Shown here: positions 24,369 to 35,935 of the stretch, piece by piece
Position numbering within the stretch: position 1 is the first letter of the stretch
How the letters are laid out: each line of letters opens with the position of its first letter
DNA from: Squalus acanthias
Lineage: Eukaryota
Reading direction: 5' to 3'
Length of the DNA: 64,000 nt
NCBI GenBank assembly: GCA_030390025.1
Contig: CM059432.1
Span: 128,590,001-128,654,000, forward strand
Made by a program: the position numbers and the translations under genes
Notes under the pieces: model-generated
What the model was told of the DNA's origin: nothing
Databases searched by the model: none
What the model saw: only the letters and a program-made list of their open reading frames with translations

Positions 24369-25370
24369 TTGCTGGAGCAAGACCTGCAGTCGAGAGGACC
24401 GGGTGGACACTCCTTACCAGTGACTGTCAAAGTCACCAGCGAATTCAACTTCTTCGCCTCAGGCTCTTTCCAGGGATCTGCAGCAGACATTTGCGACATC
24501 TCACAGTCGGCCGCCCACAGATGTATCACACAGGTCACCGATGCCCTGTTTGACAAGTCAGCCAATTATATCAACTTTGCCACTGATGAAGCCAGTGTTA
24601 CTGAGTGGGCGCTCGGCTTTACCGCTCTAACTGGCTTCCCACAGGTGCAGGGCGTCATCGACTGCACACATGTGGCCATCAGAGCACCCCACCATCACCC
24701 AGGAGTCTTTGTCAACCACAAGAGCTTCCACTCCCTCAATGTGCAGCTCGTCTGCAACCATAGGAAGATCATCATGCATGTGTGCGCCAAATTCCCTGAC
24801 AGCTGCCATGACTCTTTCATCCTGCGCCAGTCCACCCGCCCTCAGCTCTTCGCTCTTCCAAACAGACTTTCCGGCTGGCTGCTTGGAGACAAGGACTATC
24901 CACTGAAGACGTGGGTCATGACACCCTTGAGGAGGCTAAGCACTGAGGCCGAGGAGAGCTATAATGAAAGCCACATGTCCATCAGATGTGTCATAGAGCA
25001 GACAATAGGCATGCTGAAAATGCGTTTCAGATGGCTTGACAGATCTGGAGGAGCCCTTAATTACGCATCAGCCAAGGTCTCCAGAATTGTCGTTGCCTGC
25101 TGCACGCTGCAGAACATAGCGTGGCAGCAAGAATTAGCGCTGCATGAGGAGCAAGGCTCTGAGCGCACAGCCTCTTCAGAGGAGGAGCATCAGCTGGAAG
25201 ATGAGGAGGAGGAGCAGGAGGAACTGCGGTCCAGATCCCACCAAGTACATTGCTGCCCGGGAGGCCAGGGATGGGCTCATCATGGCAAGATTTACTTAAC
25301 TTCAGACATTACAGCCATATGGCTGCCACATGCTGCGCCAGGTTCCCACCACCCCACTGCAATACCATAA
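24369..25370 (+). pseudogene. Harbinger DDE transposase, 333-codon open frame with N-terminus disrupted
   Basis: [44 protein letters not shown]; acidic tail; upstream homologous sequence (~24030-24368) is broken. Confidence 0.9.
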
Positions 25371-25589
25371 AGCATTGCTACAATGACCAAGACATTCCTT
25401 TCACACTGACCACCATTGCTGGAGGTAACATTATGTTTCACCATTCATTCCAACTCACTAAGCCACTTCCAAAGTTGCAGACAAAATTGGCCATGAACGG
25501 AAAGTGGCGAAAATAAATAGTTTTATCTGTGACATAAGAAGCTTAACACAAACAGTTATTAAAATACTCAATTGCTTACCCTTGTGCAT

Positions 25590-27446
25590 CTACTTGTGTG
25601 TCATCTTTCTCTTATGCGTGCTTCTACAAGGTGCAACCCCTGTGGCTTCAGCAGGGGTAGAGGCAGCCTGCTCACTTCCCTGCTGCGACTGCTTAGACAC
25701 TTTTGGCAGACGTCCTTGGGGTTTTGGAGCCTCTGATGGCCCCGCCAAAGTCTGCTCCTCCTGCGACTGTGCAGGGGCAGACTTGGCCATTGTGATCCCA
25801 GGAGGCATGTGGTACTCTGACTGAGGGGAAGGCAACGGGGGAGAAGTGTGAGCGCTTTGAGAGGAGCCCCCACTTCCATGTCCCCCTCACCATCATCCCT
25901 CTCATGGGCCACCCGCACTTCCCTGCTAGCAAGGAGGGGGAGAGCACATTGCTGCACATCAATGGGGCCATGAGGACCCAAGTCTACATTGACATCCCTC
26001 CTAGATAGGAGGTCAATGAGCCTCTGCCATCTATTCTCCATAGATAGCATGTGCTCCTGTGAGTGGCGCATTAGCTGCTCCATGCAGGTGGCCATCCTTT
26101 CCGTGGAGGAGCCTACAGTCGCCATCACCTGCGACATGGTGGTGCTCATGTTGGAGATGGACTCATCCATTCTCTGCACATTTGCAGACATTGCGCTCGC
26201 AAAACCTGTCAAAGCCTCCTGCACTTGCTGCCCCTCCAGGATCGCCCTCTTTCTCGATGGCCCCCGAGGCTCAGCGTCTGCATGCAGCTGAGCAGAGCTG
26301 GGAGCGTCCTGTGTCCTCCGGCGAGGAGCCTCCACTGCTGTCCCTGTCTCCACCATCTCCTCTTGCTCACTTGTGACTTGTGAGACACCAGGTGACAACA
26401 CTACTCTATCTCGCATGGGACTCACCGAGGTGTGCGTATCTGCGCTGGTGCTGGGTGCGCTTCTGTCTGGTGATGGTGCACCCTCAGAGGCTGGAGGCTC
26501 CTCTGAGGAGTCGTCTTCCTCTTCCTCCTGGACAGTGGGGGGGGGGGGGGGGCTTGTGATGGACCTGTGGGAGAGTAAAGAAATGATTTAGAAATGTCAC
26601 ATCAAGAAAGGGTAACGATACCATTATGCACATGATGAACATTCACTGGCTGCTGACATCAGTCCCCATATGAGTGACTGCTGTGTGCCATGTGGCTATA
26701 TGAGATGTAATTCTGTCACCAGGTTGCTGAGATGTCCCCCTCTCTCCGTCGCCCACTGCCAGCTGCTCTACAACTCCTGAGACTTCCAGGGCGACCTCCT
26801 CTGCTGCAGTTAACATGGCCAATGATGGAGGGCCACCTCCGGTTCTCTCCCTCTCCTCTTATTGTGGGCTCTCTTCTCCTGCAAGGAGGAAAAGAAGAGA
26901 AGTTTGAGTGAGAGCGATGGAATGAGTGTAAGGAATGGATGGGTTACATCTTTAGAGGGTGATGGCAATGCCAACTGGCCTGCTTGTGTGGCGTTACTTG
27001 GTATGATTGCATTAGGATGAGGGTGAATGTGAGGGGTGGTTAGTCAGATGGGGATGTGATAACGCAGATAGAGAGAGAGGGATGGGTGGTGGTGCAAAGT
27101 ATGTTGGTGTGAGTAATGACATGCAGGAGTAGGCTTGGGAAGGCACAGTGATGGCGATGTGATGAGAGGCACAGCAGGATGAAGTTGAGTGTGGCTTTGT
27201 ACTCACCTTTCCTGATCTAATGAGATTATTGAAGCACTTCTGGCACTGCACCCAGGTCCTCCTCACAACATCCCTGCTGTTCACCTCCTCTGCTATCTCC
27301 AGCCAGGCTCCTTTGATCTCCTGGGGAGGTCTCTTGCACCCATCAGAAGGGAGAAGGACCTCCCTGCGTGCTCTCACTCCCTCCACAAGCATATGGAGGG
27401 AATCATCTGAGAACATGGGTGCAGCCCTCTGCCTCTGTGCAGTCAT
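25590..27446 (-). pseudogene. Harbinger Myb/SANT-like accessory gene, three exons (27446-27207, 26878-26720, 26564-~25590)
   Basis: MTAQRQRAAPMFSDDSLHMLVEGV...AWLEIAEEVNS...RTWVQCQKCFNNLIRSGK then GTGAGT; CAG acceptors at 26879-26881 and 26565-26567; basic C-terminus. Confidence 0.8.
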
Positions 27447-28713
27447 GTTTTCAAGGCTTAGCAAGACCCAAATGCTCTAATAAAGTGCCTGCACACTCTG
27501 AGATGAACCTTCAAATGCAATGTGGCCAAGGCTCCTTTAAATATCCCGGCTGGAAATGAGTCATTGACCTGCACCATTTAATAGGGCCAGGTAATGCGCA
27601 GGGTGGCCTTAATAGGCGCCATTAGGGGAAAGTCGCTCTGAGGAGTTGCATGAAATGAGGAACGGGGTCCCGACCCGCCACGCCGACCTCCCGCACACGA
27701 CTTGCCCAGGTAAACAAAATTCCGACATGTGAGTGGAGTGCCAATTTGTCAACTCTAGCCCTGATTTCAATACAATTGCAGATGAGAATGATTTAAGATG
27801 CACCATTAGAATTCGCTGTACTGGCCATTTAATCCATTAACAGTGCATAACTTGATTTTGTCTTTTACTTTTTAAAATATCCCACTATTACAATTTGCAC
27901 ATGAATGGCTGTTCCATTTTTTTTACCAGATTAAAAGACCTGTCAGTTTTTTTTGTTTCTAAAGATCTGCAGGTGAATCGTTTAGATATCAAGTAATCAA
28001 GTAATACTGAAACAGGTGGTAGGCCGCCAATTTGCATATGCATATTTCAAGCGCAAACCCTGGACGCTAATACTTCAACCTTTACCAATATGGCGGGCGG
28101 GGCACCTCCGGCGTGGAATGTGTGCACGCATATCGCCCACCAGGTTGGATGCTTAGGCGCCAGTTTTACGCCTGCAAAACGGGTGCGGCTGCAACATATT
28201 TCTAGGCTAATGCATCTGGATTCAATTGGTATTAGCATATTGAAACCACCTTTTGCTTCATCTAGAGCCATACATAGACTCACTTATACATATATAATAT
28301 CCCATTGATTCTCATCCAGCCAACCTGTCTGGATTCCACACGGAACATGTATTGAAGTGGCTGGCCATTTTCTGTTTGAACTTAGATTATTAACCCCTTG
28401 TATGCTGTTACTAGTCATCAGGAATTCAACTCGATAATCTAATACAGACAAAAATACATTTTGGCACATCTGTGTTGGAAATAGTTCTATATGGGTCTCA
28501 GAATCTCATTATAGTTAAAAGGACAAGTGCTATTGCATTAGATTTGAAGTTCTATCCTGCATTATACCATTTAAATTGCCTGCATTGTATCTTTTCTAAC
28601 TAGATCAATCTATTTTAAATGTCATGATGCGGAGATGCCGGTGTTGGACTGGGGTGGACAAAAATGAGAAGTCGCACAACACCAGGTTATAGTCCAACAG
28701 TTTTATTTAAAAT

Positions 28714-28743
28714 TACGAGCTTTCGGAGCTCCTTCTTCAGGTA
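28714..28743 (-). ncRNA. Minimal hammerhead ribozyme motif (inverted pLTR; stem II loop lost)
   Basis: Minus strand TAC-CTGAAGA-A-GGAGCTCC-GAAA-GC-TC-GTA. Confidence 0.55.
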
Positions 28744-28784
28744 CAGGCACAGTGAGGGAATCGATTACACAGTAACTTCACTTC

Positions 28785-29710
28785 ACTTCAGCACTTCACT
28801 CTACCGCAAGCCCACGGACAACCTCACGATGCTCCACTTCTCCAGCTTCCACCCTAACCACGTTAAAGAAGCCATCCCCTATGGACAAGCCCTGCGAATA
28901 CACAGGATCTGCTCAGACGAGGAGGAACGCGATGGACACCTACGGACACTGAAAGACGCCCTCGTAAGAACGGGATATGACGCTCGACTCGTCGATCGAC
29001 AGTTCCGACGGGCCACAGCGAAAAACCGCATAGACCTCCTCAGAAGACGAATACGGGACACAACCAACAGAGTACCCTACGTCGTCCAGTACTTCCCCGG
29101 AGCAGAAAAACTACGCCATGTTCTTCGCAGCCTTCAACATGTCATCGATGACGACGAACACCTTGCGAAGGCCATCCCCACGCCTCCACTACTCGCCTTC
29201 AAGCAGCCGCCTAACCTCAAAAGTACCATCGTTCGCAGCAGATTACCCATCTTTCAGGAGAACAGCAACCACGACACCACACAACCCTGCCACGGCAACC
29301 TCTGCAAGACATGCCAAATCATGGACACAGATACCATCATCACACGTGAGGACACTACCCACCAGGTACACGGTACATACTCATGTGACTCGGCCAACGT
29401 TGTCTACCTGATACGTTGCAGTAAAGGATGCTCCAGAGCATGGTACATCGGCGAGACCATGCAGACACTGAGACAATGTATGAACGGACACCGCGCAACA
29501 ATCGCCAGGCAGGAGGGTTGCCTCCCAGTCGGGGAACACTTCAGCAGCCAGGGGCATTCAGCCTTGGATCTGCGGGTAAGCGTTCTCCAAGTCGGCCTTC
29601 GGGATACACGACAGCGCAAAATCATAGAGCAGAAACTGATAGCCAAGTTCCGCACTCATGAGGATGGCCTCAATCGCGATATCGGGTTCATGTCACGATA
29701 CAGAACGTGA
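28785..29710 (+). pseudogene. Penelope ORF 3' part: RT thumb, Cys-rich linker, GIY-YIG endonuclease (open frame, 5'-truncated)
   Basis: LYRKPTD...SSFHPNHVKEAIPYGQALR; CHGNLCKTC; VVYLIRC...WYIGET; VGEHF; GLN. The first ~40 aa of ORF 28664 come from the inverted pLTR. Confidence 0.92.
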
Positions 29711-29942
29711 CTTGACATCACGGCCGGTCTTTCCAGGTGTTTTTTTTTAAAAAGACTTACACAAGAACCAACACAAATTGACAGGATATGCAGCCAGCAG
29801 GTGTTTTGACACGTTGGACCCCCTGGGACACATCTCATTGTCTTGGCTGTGCTCTTAGTGTGTCTTTGATGTAGGGAAAGATTTGAATAGATTTTCTCTG
29901 TGTTTATATTGTGAATTCTGGGAGATTCTCTCACTGCTACCC

Positions 29943-29979
29943 TACCTGAGGAAGGAGCGAACCGCTCCGAAAGCTTGTA
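29943..29979 (+). ncRNA. Minimal type I hammerhead ribozyme motif in pLTR
   Basis: TAC-CTGAGGA-A-GGAGCG-AAC-CGCTCC-GAAA-GC-TT-GTA: core, stem II, palindromic stem III, stem I TAC/GTA. Confidence 0.75.
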
Positions 29980-30196
29980 AAATTAAATAAATCTGTTGGA
30001 CTATAACCTGGTGTTGTGTGACTTCTCATTTTTGTCCACCCCAGTCCAACGCCGGCATCTCCACATCATGACAGTATATATACACAGAGAACAATTTGTC
30101 TGCAGAGATACAATCTGTTAGGGAGGCATTACATCAATGCAGACAAATTGTTCTCTGTGTATATATACTGTGTAATCGATTCCCTCACTGTACCTT

Positions 30197-30231
30197 TACC
30201 TGAAGAAGGAGCGGAACTCCGAAAGCTCGTT
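30197..30231 (+). ncRNA. Minimal hammerhead ribozyme motif (third pLTR copy)
   Basis: TAC-CTGAAGA-A-GGAG-CGGAA-CTCC-GAAA-GC-TC-GT. Confidence 0.65.
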
Positions 30232-30602
30232 CGGACTATAACCTGGTGTTGTGCGACTTCTTATTTTAAATGTAAGGCTTTGAGCCACACTCTGAAATGA
30301 TCTCCTTTGTCTCAGAGCCTGAAAATAAGGCAATATACAATAGAGTCTGGAGAACAACTATTAGCTGTGGGTGAGGGGAGGGCTAGTCTTCCTTTATGCT
30401 GTTGCCTAAATATCAACAAAACATTATCAGGTCAAGGTTGTCTGGTTAGTAGCTCTCGTCTGTGAAATGATTATTTGGCCATGTTCACCACTGTGAGAAG
30501 AAATGGAGCTCATTGTGAATTGCCACAACCATTAAGGAAGTGCCACGCTAGACGGAAATTCCTAAAGGCTTTGTTTCGAGGCCTGACCTGGTAACCAAGG
30601 CT

Positions 30603-30732
30603 TCTGACGAAGGGACGACACCTGAGCCGTTAACTCTGTCTTTCTCTCCACAGATGCTGACTGGCCTGCTGAGTGTTTTAAGCATTTTCTATTTTCTGTT
30701 TCAGGATTCCAGTATCCGCAGCTTTTTACTTC
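30603..30732 (+). mobile_element. Diverged short Penelope-derived element
   Basis: CTGACGAAGGG...CGTTAACTCTGTCTTTCTCTCCACAGATGCTG similar to 9675 and 37632. Confidence 0.65.
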
Positions 30733-31055
30733 TGGCAAACAAATGCTCTTGGGATCCAGTAAGGGATGCCTCCAACCCTGACCAGTTTTTCCTCTCTTCC
30801 TTAGACAAGGCACCCACATTTGGTAAATTAATCTCCTAGCCCAGAGTTGAGATTGAGATTCAGACTAGGGCCTTGGTTGCGATTCCAGAGCTCTAGAATT
30901 GCAGCTACTGGGAGTTCTAATTCATAGATGACTTAAACCCACTGTGTAGACACACAGCTTGTCTCCACCATACAATTTACTTTTTTTAAGACAATACTGT
31001 ACTCAAAGCTAAGGAAAAACAAAAAAAAAATGACCGTACAAAAGAAAATCACAAT

Positions 31056-31759
31056 GGGCTGGATTTTGATACTGGAGCGGGTTGGGGTCGTGTCATCCGC
31101 ATTTCGTGTTATCCACCCGACTGCAATTGGATGTGGGAGATTGATGCAATTTTCACCTAATTGGCCAATTGAGTTCCAGCATGTGGGAACCCATGAACCA
31201 ATTAGTGGTTTCAGTCTGAAAGTCGCCTCTGATGATGTCATCATTGCTGCTGCATTGAAGGTCAGAGACTGCCTGGCCTTTGCTGTGAGAGGACCTGAAT
31301 GCAAAATGAGCAGCAGCTCTAAGTCTGCTGTGAGAGAGAGAGAGAGAGAGAGAGAATTTTTTTGCACCACCACTCCCAGATATGGCTCCTCGATCCCAGA
31401 TGCCTGCCAGCCCCAGTCACTGATAGTCAACCCAACCACTGATAGTCAGCTATCCAAATGTGCTCCCGCCAGGTTTCACAATCGTGTTTCACAACAGGCG
31501 TGCTTCACGGAAAACAAGGGTTAAAATCACAAAGGCCTTTCAAAATGGCATTATAGAGCCAATTTAGTGCTTGTTAAGAGCCTTAACAGCCTATCCCGTC
31601 GCTTAGAGGCGGGACGGAGTCGGGACCAGCAGACACGATTTAATGAAAATTGCATGGAGGCGGGATAGAGGCGGACTTGTGCCCACCCGCCAGTTTTTGC
31701 AATTTTAACCCCCCACACGCCTCCAAACCCGCCTCCACGGGTCAATGAAAATCCAGCCC
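31056..31759. mobile_element. Harbinger-type MITE
   Basis: Perfect 12-bp TIRs GGGCTGGATTTT / AAAATCCAGCCC; AAT TSD. Confidence 0.88.
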
Positions 31760-31920
31760 AATGTGTGTTTACTTATTCTGAAATTTAGCAATCGGCTTTG
31801 CCTGATTCCACAAGAACTGTGGGCTAAAATCCATGATAAAATTCATTCTGTTTTGTGCAGAGCAACAAATGGTTTCTTTTGAATCTGGGCCAAAAAATCA
31901 GTGCACTGGGGATCATAACT

Positions 31921-32318
31921 AGAACATAAGAACATAAGAAATAGGAGCAGGAGTAGGCCATTTTGCCCCTCGAGCCTGCTCCGCCATTCAACAAGATCAT
32001 GGCTGATCTTCTACCTCATCTGAACTACCCCCATATCCCTTGATTCCCTTAATATTCAAAAATCTATCGATCTCTGTCTTGAATATACTCAATGACTGAG
32101 CCTCCACAGCCCTCTTGGGTAGAGAATTCCAAAGATTCGCCACCCTTTGAGTGAAGAAATTTCTCCTCATCTCAGTCCTAAATGGCCGACCCCTTATTCT
32201 AAGACTGTGACCCCTGGTTCTAGACTCCCCAGCCAGGGGAAACATCCTCCCTGCATCTACCCTGTCAAGCCCTGTAAGAATTTTGTATGTTTCAATGAGC
32301 TCACCTCTCATTCTTCAA
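31921..32318 (-). mobile_element. CR1 3' fragment
   Basis: ORF 31997-32311 RGELIETYKI...FFTQRVANLWNSLP; AGAACATA tail repeat. Confidence 0.9.
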
Positions 32319-32319
32319 G

Positions 32320-32965
32320 AATAGAATTGAAAAGTAGAGAAGTTACGTTAAACTTGTGCAGAACCTTGGGCACTGGAGAAGGTGCAGAAAAGGGGTTTTG
32401 CTGCGAGGTTATAACTATCAGGTAAGGCTGGGGCTCTTTTCTTTAGAAAAGAGAAGGCTGAGGGGGTGACCTAATAGAGGTCATTAAAATTATGTACGGG
32501 TTTGATAGGGTTGATGTAGAGAAGATGTTTCCACTTGTGGGGGAGTCCAAAACTAGAGGTCATAAACATAAGATAGGCACTAATAATTCCAATAGGGAAT
32601 TCAGGAGAAACTTCTTTACTCAGAGAGTGGTTAGAACTTGCTACTACATAAACTAGTTGAGGCGAATAGCATAGATGCTTTTAAGGTGAAGCTAGATAAG
32701 TACACAAGGGAGAAAGGAATAGAGGATATGAGGAATAGAGTTAGACAAAGTGCATAGAATTACATAGAATTTACAGCATGGAAACAGGCCATTCGGCCCA
32801 ATTGGTCTATGCCGGTTTTTATGATCCACACAAGCCTCTTCCCACCCTACTTAGGGCTAGATGAAGTAGGGTGAGAGGAGGCTTGTGTGGAGTATAAACA
32901 CAGGCATAGACCAGTTGGTCTGAATGGCCTGTTTATGTGCTGTGCATTCTATGTAATTCTATGCA
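32320..32965 (+). mobile_element. CR1 3' fragment (different subfamily) containing an inverted copy of its own tail
   Basis: AGAAGGCTGAGGGGGTGACCTAATAGAGG, AACTTCTTTACTCAGAGAGTGG; inverted tail at 32751-32852. Confidence 0.85.
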
Positions 32966-34744
32966 ACATCCTGACTCCTGAACTCTCTAATGCCTATTCC
33001 TCCTCAATGGTAAAGTCAAAACATGAGTCAGCTCCAAGTGCCTACTTTGCCACTGAAAATAAATTAGAGCCCAAAATAGGTAATGCTCGGTTGCACTAAG
33101 CTGCACAGGTTTGGATGAATTGAGATTTCAAGTGTAGATTTCTGATGTGACCTTTGAGTTAATTGTTACATCACGTTTAATAAAAGTAATTTTTTTACTG
33201 TAATATTTAGTGATAGTTAATAAAAGCCAATGGTTATCTTTTTATTGCAACTATTGTTGAGCTATTGTGGGTCATCATTTATCCCAGTTAAGTTTAAGTG
33301 TTTAGCCTCAGAGTAACATTTGGTTGAACTGGGTGGGATTGTATCCTTGTGCATATGGTGCTAGCTACCCAAGCAATGCGTCATTGGTTTGAGTCTCTTG
33401 GCAGCCCATCACTCAAAACTACCTACAAAAACTGAATTTGATCAGTTCCAGCAGGGGTCACTCAGAGGAGTGGCTCTCACTGTGGAACATACCACCTCAG
33501 AGGAGGGGTTATGTGTATTTAGCAAAACTGACGATTGCAAATGTGCCCCATATAACTGGATCATAGAGCGACATCCAGTGACGATCGCAGAGTCCTGCAA
33601 TGCAAAGAGAAGTATTGTGAGGTTAAAAAAATGTATAGGGACAAAACTACTTTTAAAAAGCGCATTGTATTTGTAGGAAAGTATTTGGGAAATCTGATTT
33701 TCTGATTTCCCCTTTCTCTCCATTTTTCAGTTTGATAAATCGAGTGCTGCTGACATGATGATGTGACATTACAATCTAATCTGATTTTTAACCTGAATTT
33801 ATTTTTTGCTTAAGGTGTAAAATATGTTGAACAAGTCCAGATAACATCTAAGCTTGAAAAACATACCTTTCCCATATCTTAAAATCGAAAATAGCCAGAA
33901 TAGCAGTTGCCTTTGATAATATCCTGCATAATAACATCAGGAGGTAAGTTATTTTCTGGATTGAGAACACATGATGCAATATAATAAACAATGAACAAAT
34001 TACATCATAATTATGCAAATTGGGCCATCATGTTTGTGTGTGTGTATGTGGAAACTCAGAATAAAACTTTTGCCAAACACTTTCCTGTAAAGACAGTGCC
34101 CCTTTAAACATGACAGTATGCCAGTATTACTGGATAACATTTTGTCGAGGGGCTCAGTTCCAAACTGCATTCCCGAGGCTTGTAAACTCCCTGAGTCAGT
34201 GGTCCCAGTACTCAGATCGGAACTGCACCCACTGGTGACCTCTGCTGCTGACGTCACCAGAGTACACAAGATTGGGGCAGGCCACCTAATTTGAATACCC
34301 CTGGCAGGCTATGGATGCATCTGGGTTGCCCACCTTATTCAAGCGGCCGGAAAATTTATCCTCAGTTGCTAGACCCGCTAACAAAATGTCCTGGCTTCAT
34401 CAAATAGTGTCCCAGTTTTGGTGACTGAGTTCTTGTAAAATTTTTCAGGAAAGTGTGAGTGTGTAACACACGGCGCAAATTGGGCCGGCGGGCGGGAAGC
34501 CCCCACGACATCATCGACATGAGGCCTGGGCAGTTTTAAGTCCCAGGCCTCATTTCCATTTGACTAATGGGATGCCCTCCATTATAAGCAATAAGAAGCT
34601 TACTAAGGGTGATCAGACAAAAGAAAAGGGTGAAAGAAGTGATATGGAAGCTGGAAACTATCTTGGCAAACCAGATAACAAAAAGATCTTATGATCCACT
34701 GACCTGCAGCTGAGTGTCCTTTTAAATGCAGCTTCAGTGGTTCT

Positions 34745-35935
34745 GAATGATATCGGAGCTTGGAGGGTTAAATTATGAGGACAGGTTTCATAAACTTGTC
34801 TTGTATTCCCTTGAATTTAGAAGGTTGAGGGGTAATCTGATCGAGGTTTTTGAAATGTTAAATGGATTTGATTGGGTAGATACAGAGAAACTATTTCCTC
34901 TGATGGGAAAATCAAAAATGATGGGACATAGAGGGAAACATTTGGTTGCTTTGCGCCGCCCGTTAGTGCCCCAAGGAGGCGCTAACGGGGCGCAAAGCAA
35001 CTAGTGCCCTGGCGCGGCGCCGCTAACACCTCCCGCGAAATTCAGCAGGAGGCTAGCAGCCGTGGTAGCCGGTAACGCCCCGTGGTGCTGCGCCTCCAAC
35101 AATGACGTCATCGCCGTGCGCAGTGCCCCGCTCGTGCCCCGGCCACAAACCTGGCTCATGCCCCCTGACCCACCGCCGGACACTATGTCCGACAGGGTCA
35201 GGGTCGCATTTTTGCAGCCGGGGCGGCGATAATTAAAGGGCCGGTACCGAGCAGCCATTTTTTTTGGGCTGCCTGCCAGCACCTGCTCCCTCTCGCCTCC
35301 TCCTGTGGGGTGCCGGCCGCGATACGTTAGCTAGGCTCTTCTCTTGAGTGCTGGGCTCTTTTGCTGGAACCCTGCTCCCCGGTGGTCCAGCAGGGCCCCG
35401 GTGTGCGCTGCGCTAGGCCCCTCCCCATTAATCGGGGGAGGGAGGCCTGCAGTACCGCGGCGCTGCATGCTGGTGCTCGTGGCGCTGCAGCACGTCGCGC
35501 CGCGATATTCAATGGGAGCGCCCCAAGAGGGAGGGGGAGCACTTCCAGTAGCACCCCGCCTCCTGCTTGGAGCGCTACCATTAAATTTCGGCACGGGGGC
35601 GCTAACTTTTTCGGGAGTTATCGCCCCAAAGGGGGCGCGAGCCAAATTTCCCCTCATAATCTTTAATTAGAGCTAGGCCAGTTTTAGGAGAGAAATCAGG
35701 AAGTACTTCTTCACACAAAGGGTAGCAGAAATCTGGAATTCTCTTCCCCAAAATGCTGTGGATAATAGGACAATTGGAGCTTTCAAGACTGCGATGGATA
35801 GATTTTTGTTAGGTAAGGATATCATGGGATTTGGAGCTAAGACGGGAAAATTGGGTTGAGGCACAGATCAGCCATGATCTCATTGAATGACAGAACTGGC
35901 CCGAGGGGGTAAATAGCCTACTCCTGTTCCTATGA
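34745..35935 (+). mobile_element. CR1 3' fragment split by a MITE
   Basis: YSLEFRRLRGNLIEVF before 34930; continues after 35655 with TTCTTCACACAAAGGGTAG and tail CCTACTCCTGTTCCTATG. Confidence 0.85.
34931..35655. mobile_element. GC/CpG-rich Harbinger-type MITE
   Basis: TIRs GAGGGAAACATTTGG / CCAAATTTCCCCTC; ATA TSD; homologous to 57954-58681. Confidence 0.88.

Larger units (their letters stand above)
23587..27727. mobile_element. PIF/Harbinger transposon B (transposase on +, Myb/SANT gene on -)
   Basis: Imperfect inverted termini (GGAATTTT...TGCGGGA...GGCGGGTCGG at both ends); convergent two-gene layout. Confidence 0.85.
28623..30261 (+). mobile_element. Penelope-like retroelement (Neptune-type), 5'-truncated, with inverted and tandem pseudo-LTRs
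   Basis: 12-bp TSD TATTTTAAATGT (28611-28622, 30262-30273); 28621-28775 is an inverted pLTR; direct pLTR copies at ~29930-30072 and ~30168-30261. Confidence 0.92.

Noticed and set aside
24369..25370. Host HARBI1 gene
   Set aside because: Lies within inverted termini beside a Myb partner, has a broken N-terminus and several paralogous copies in the window
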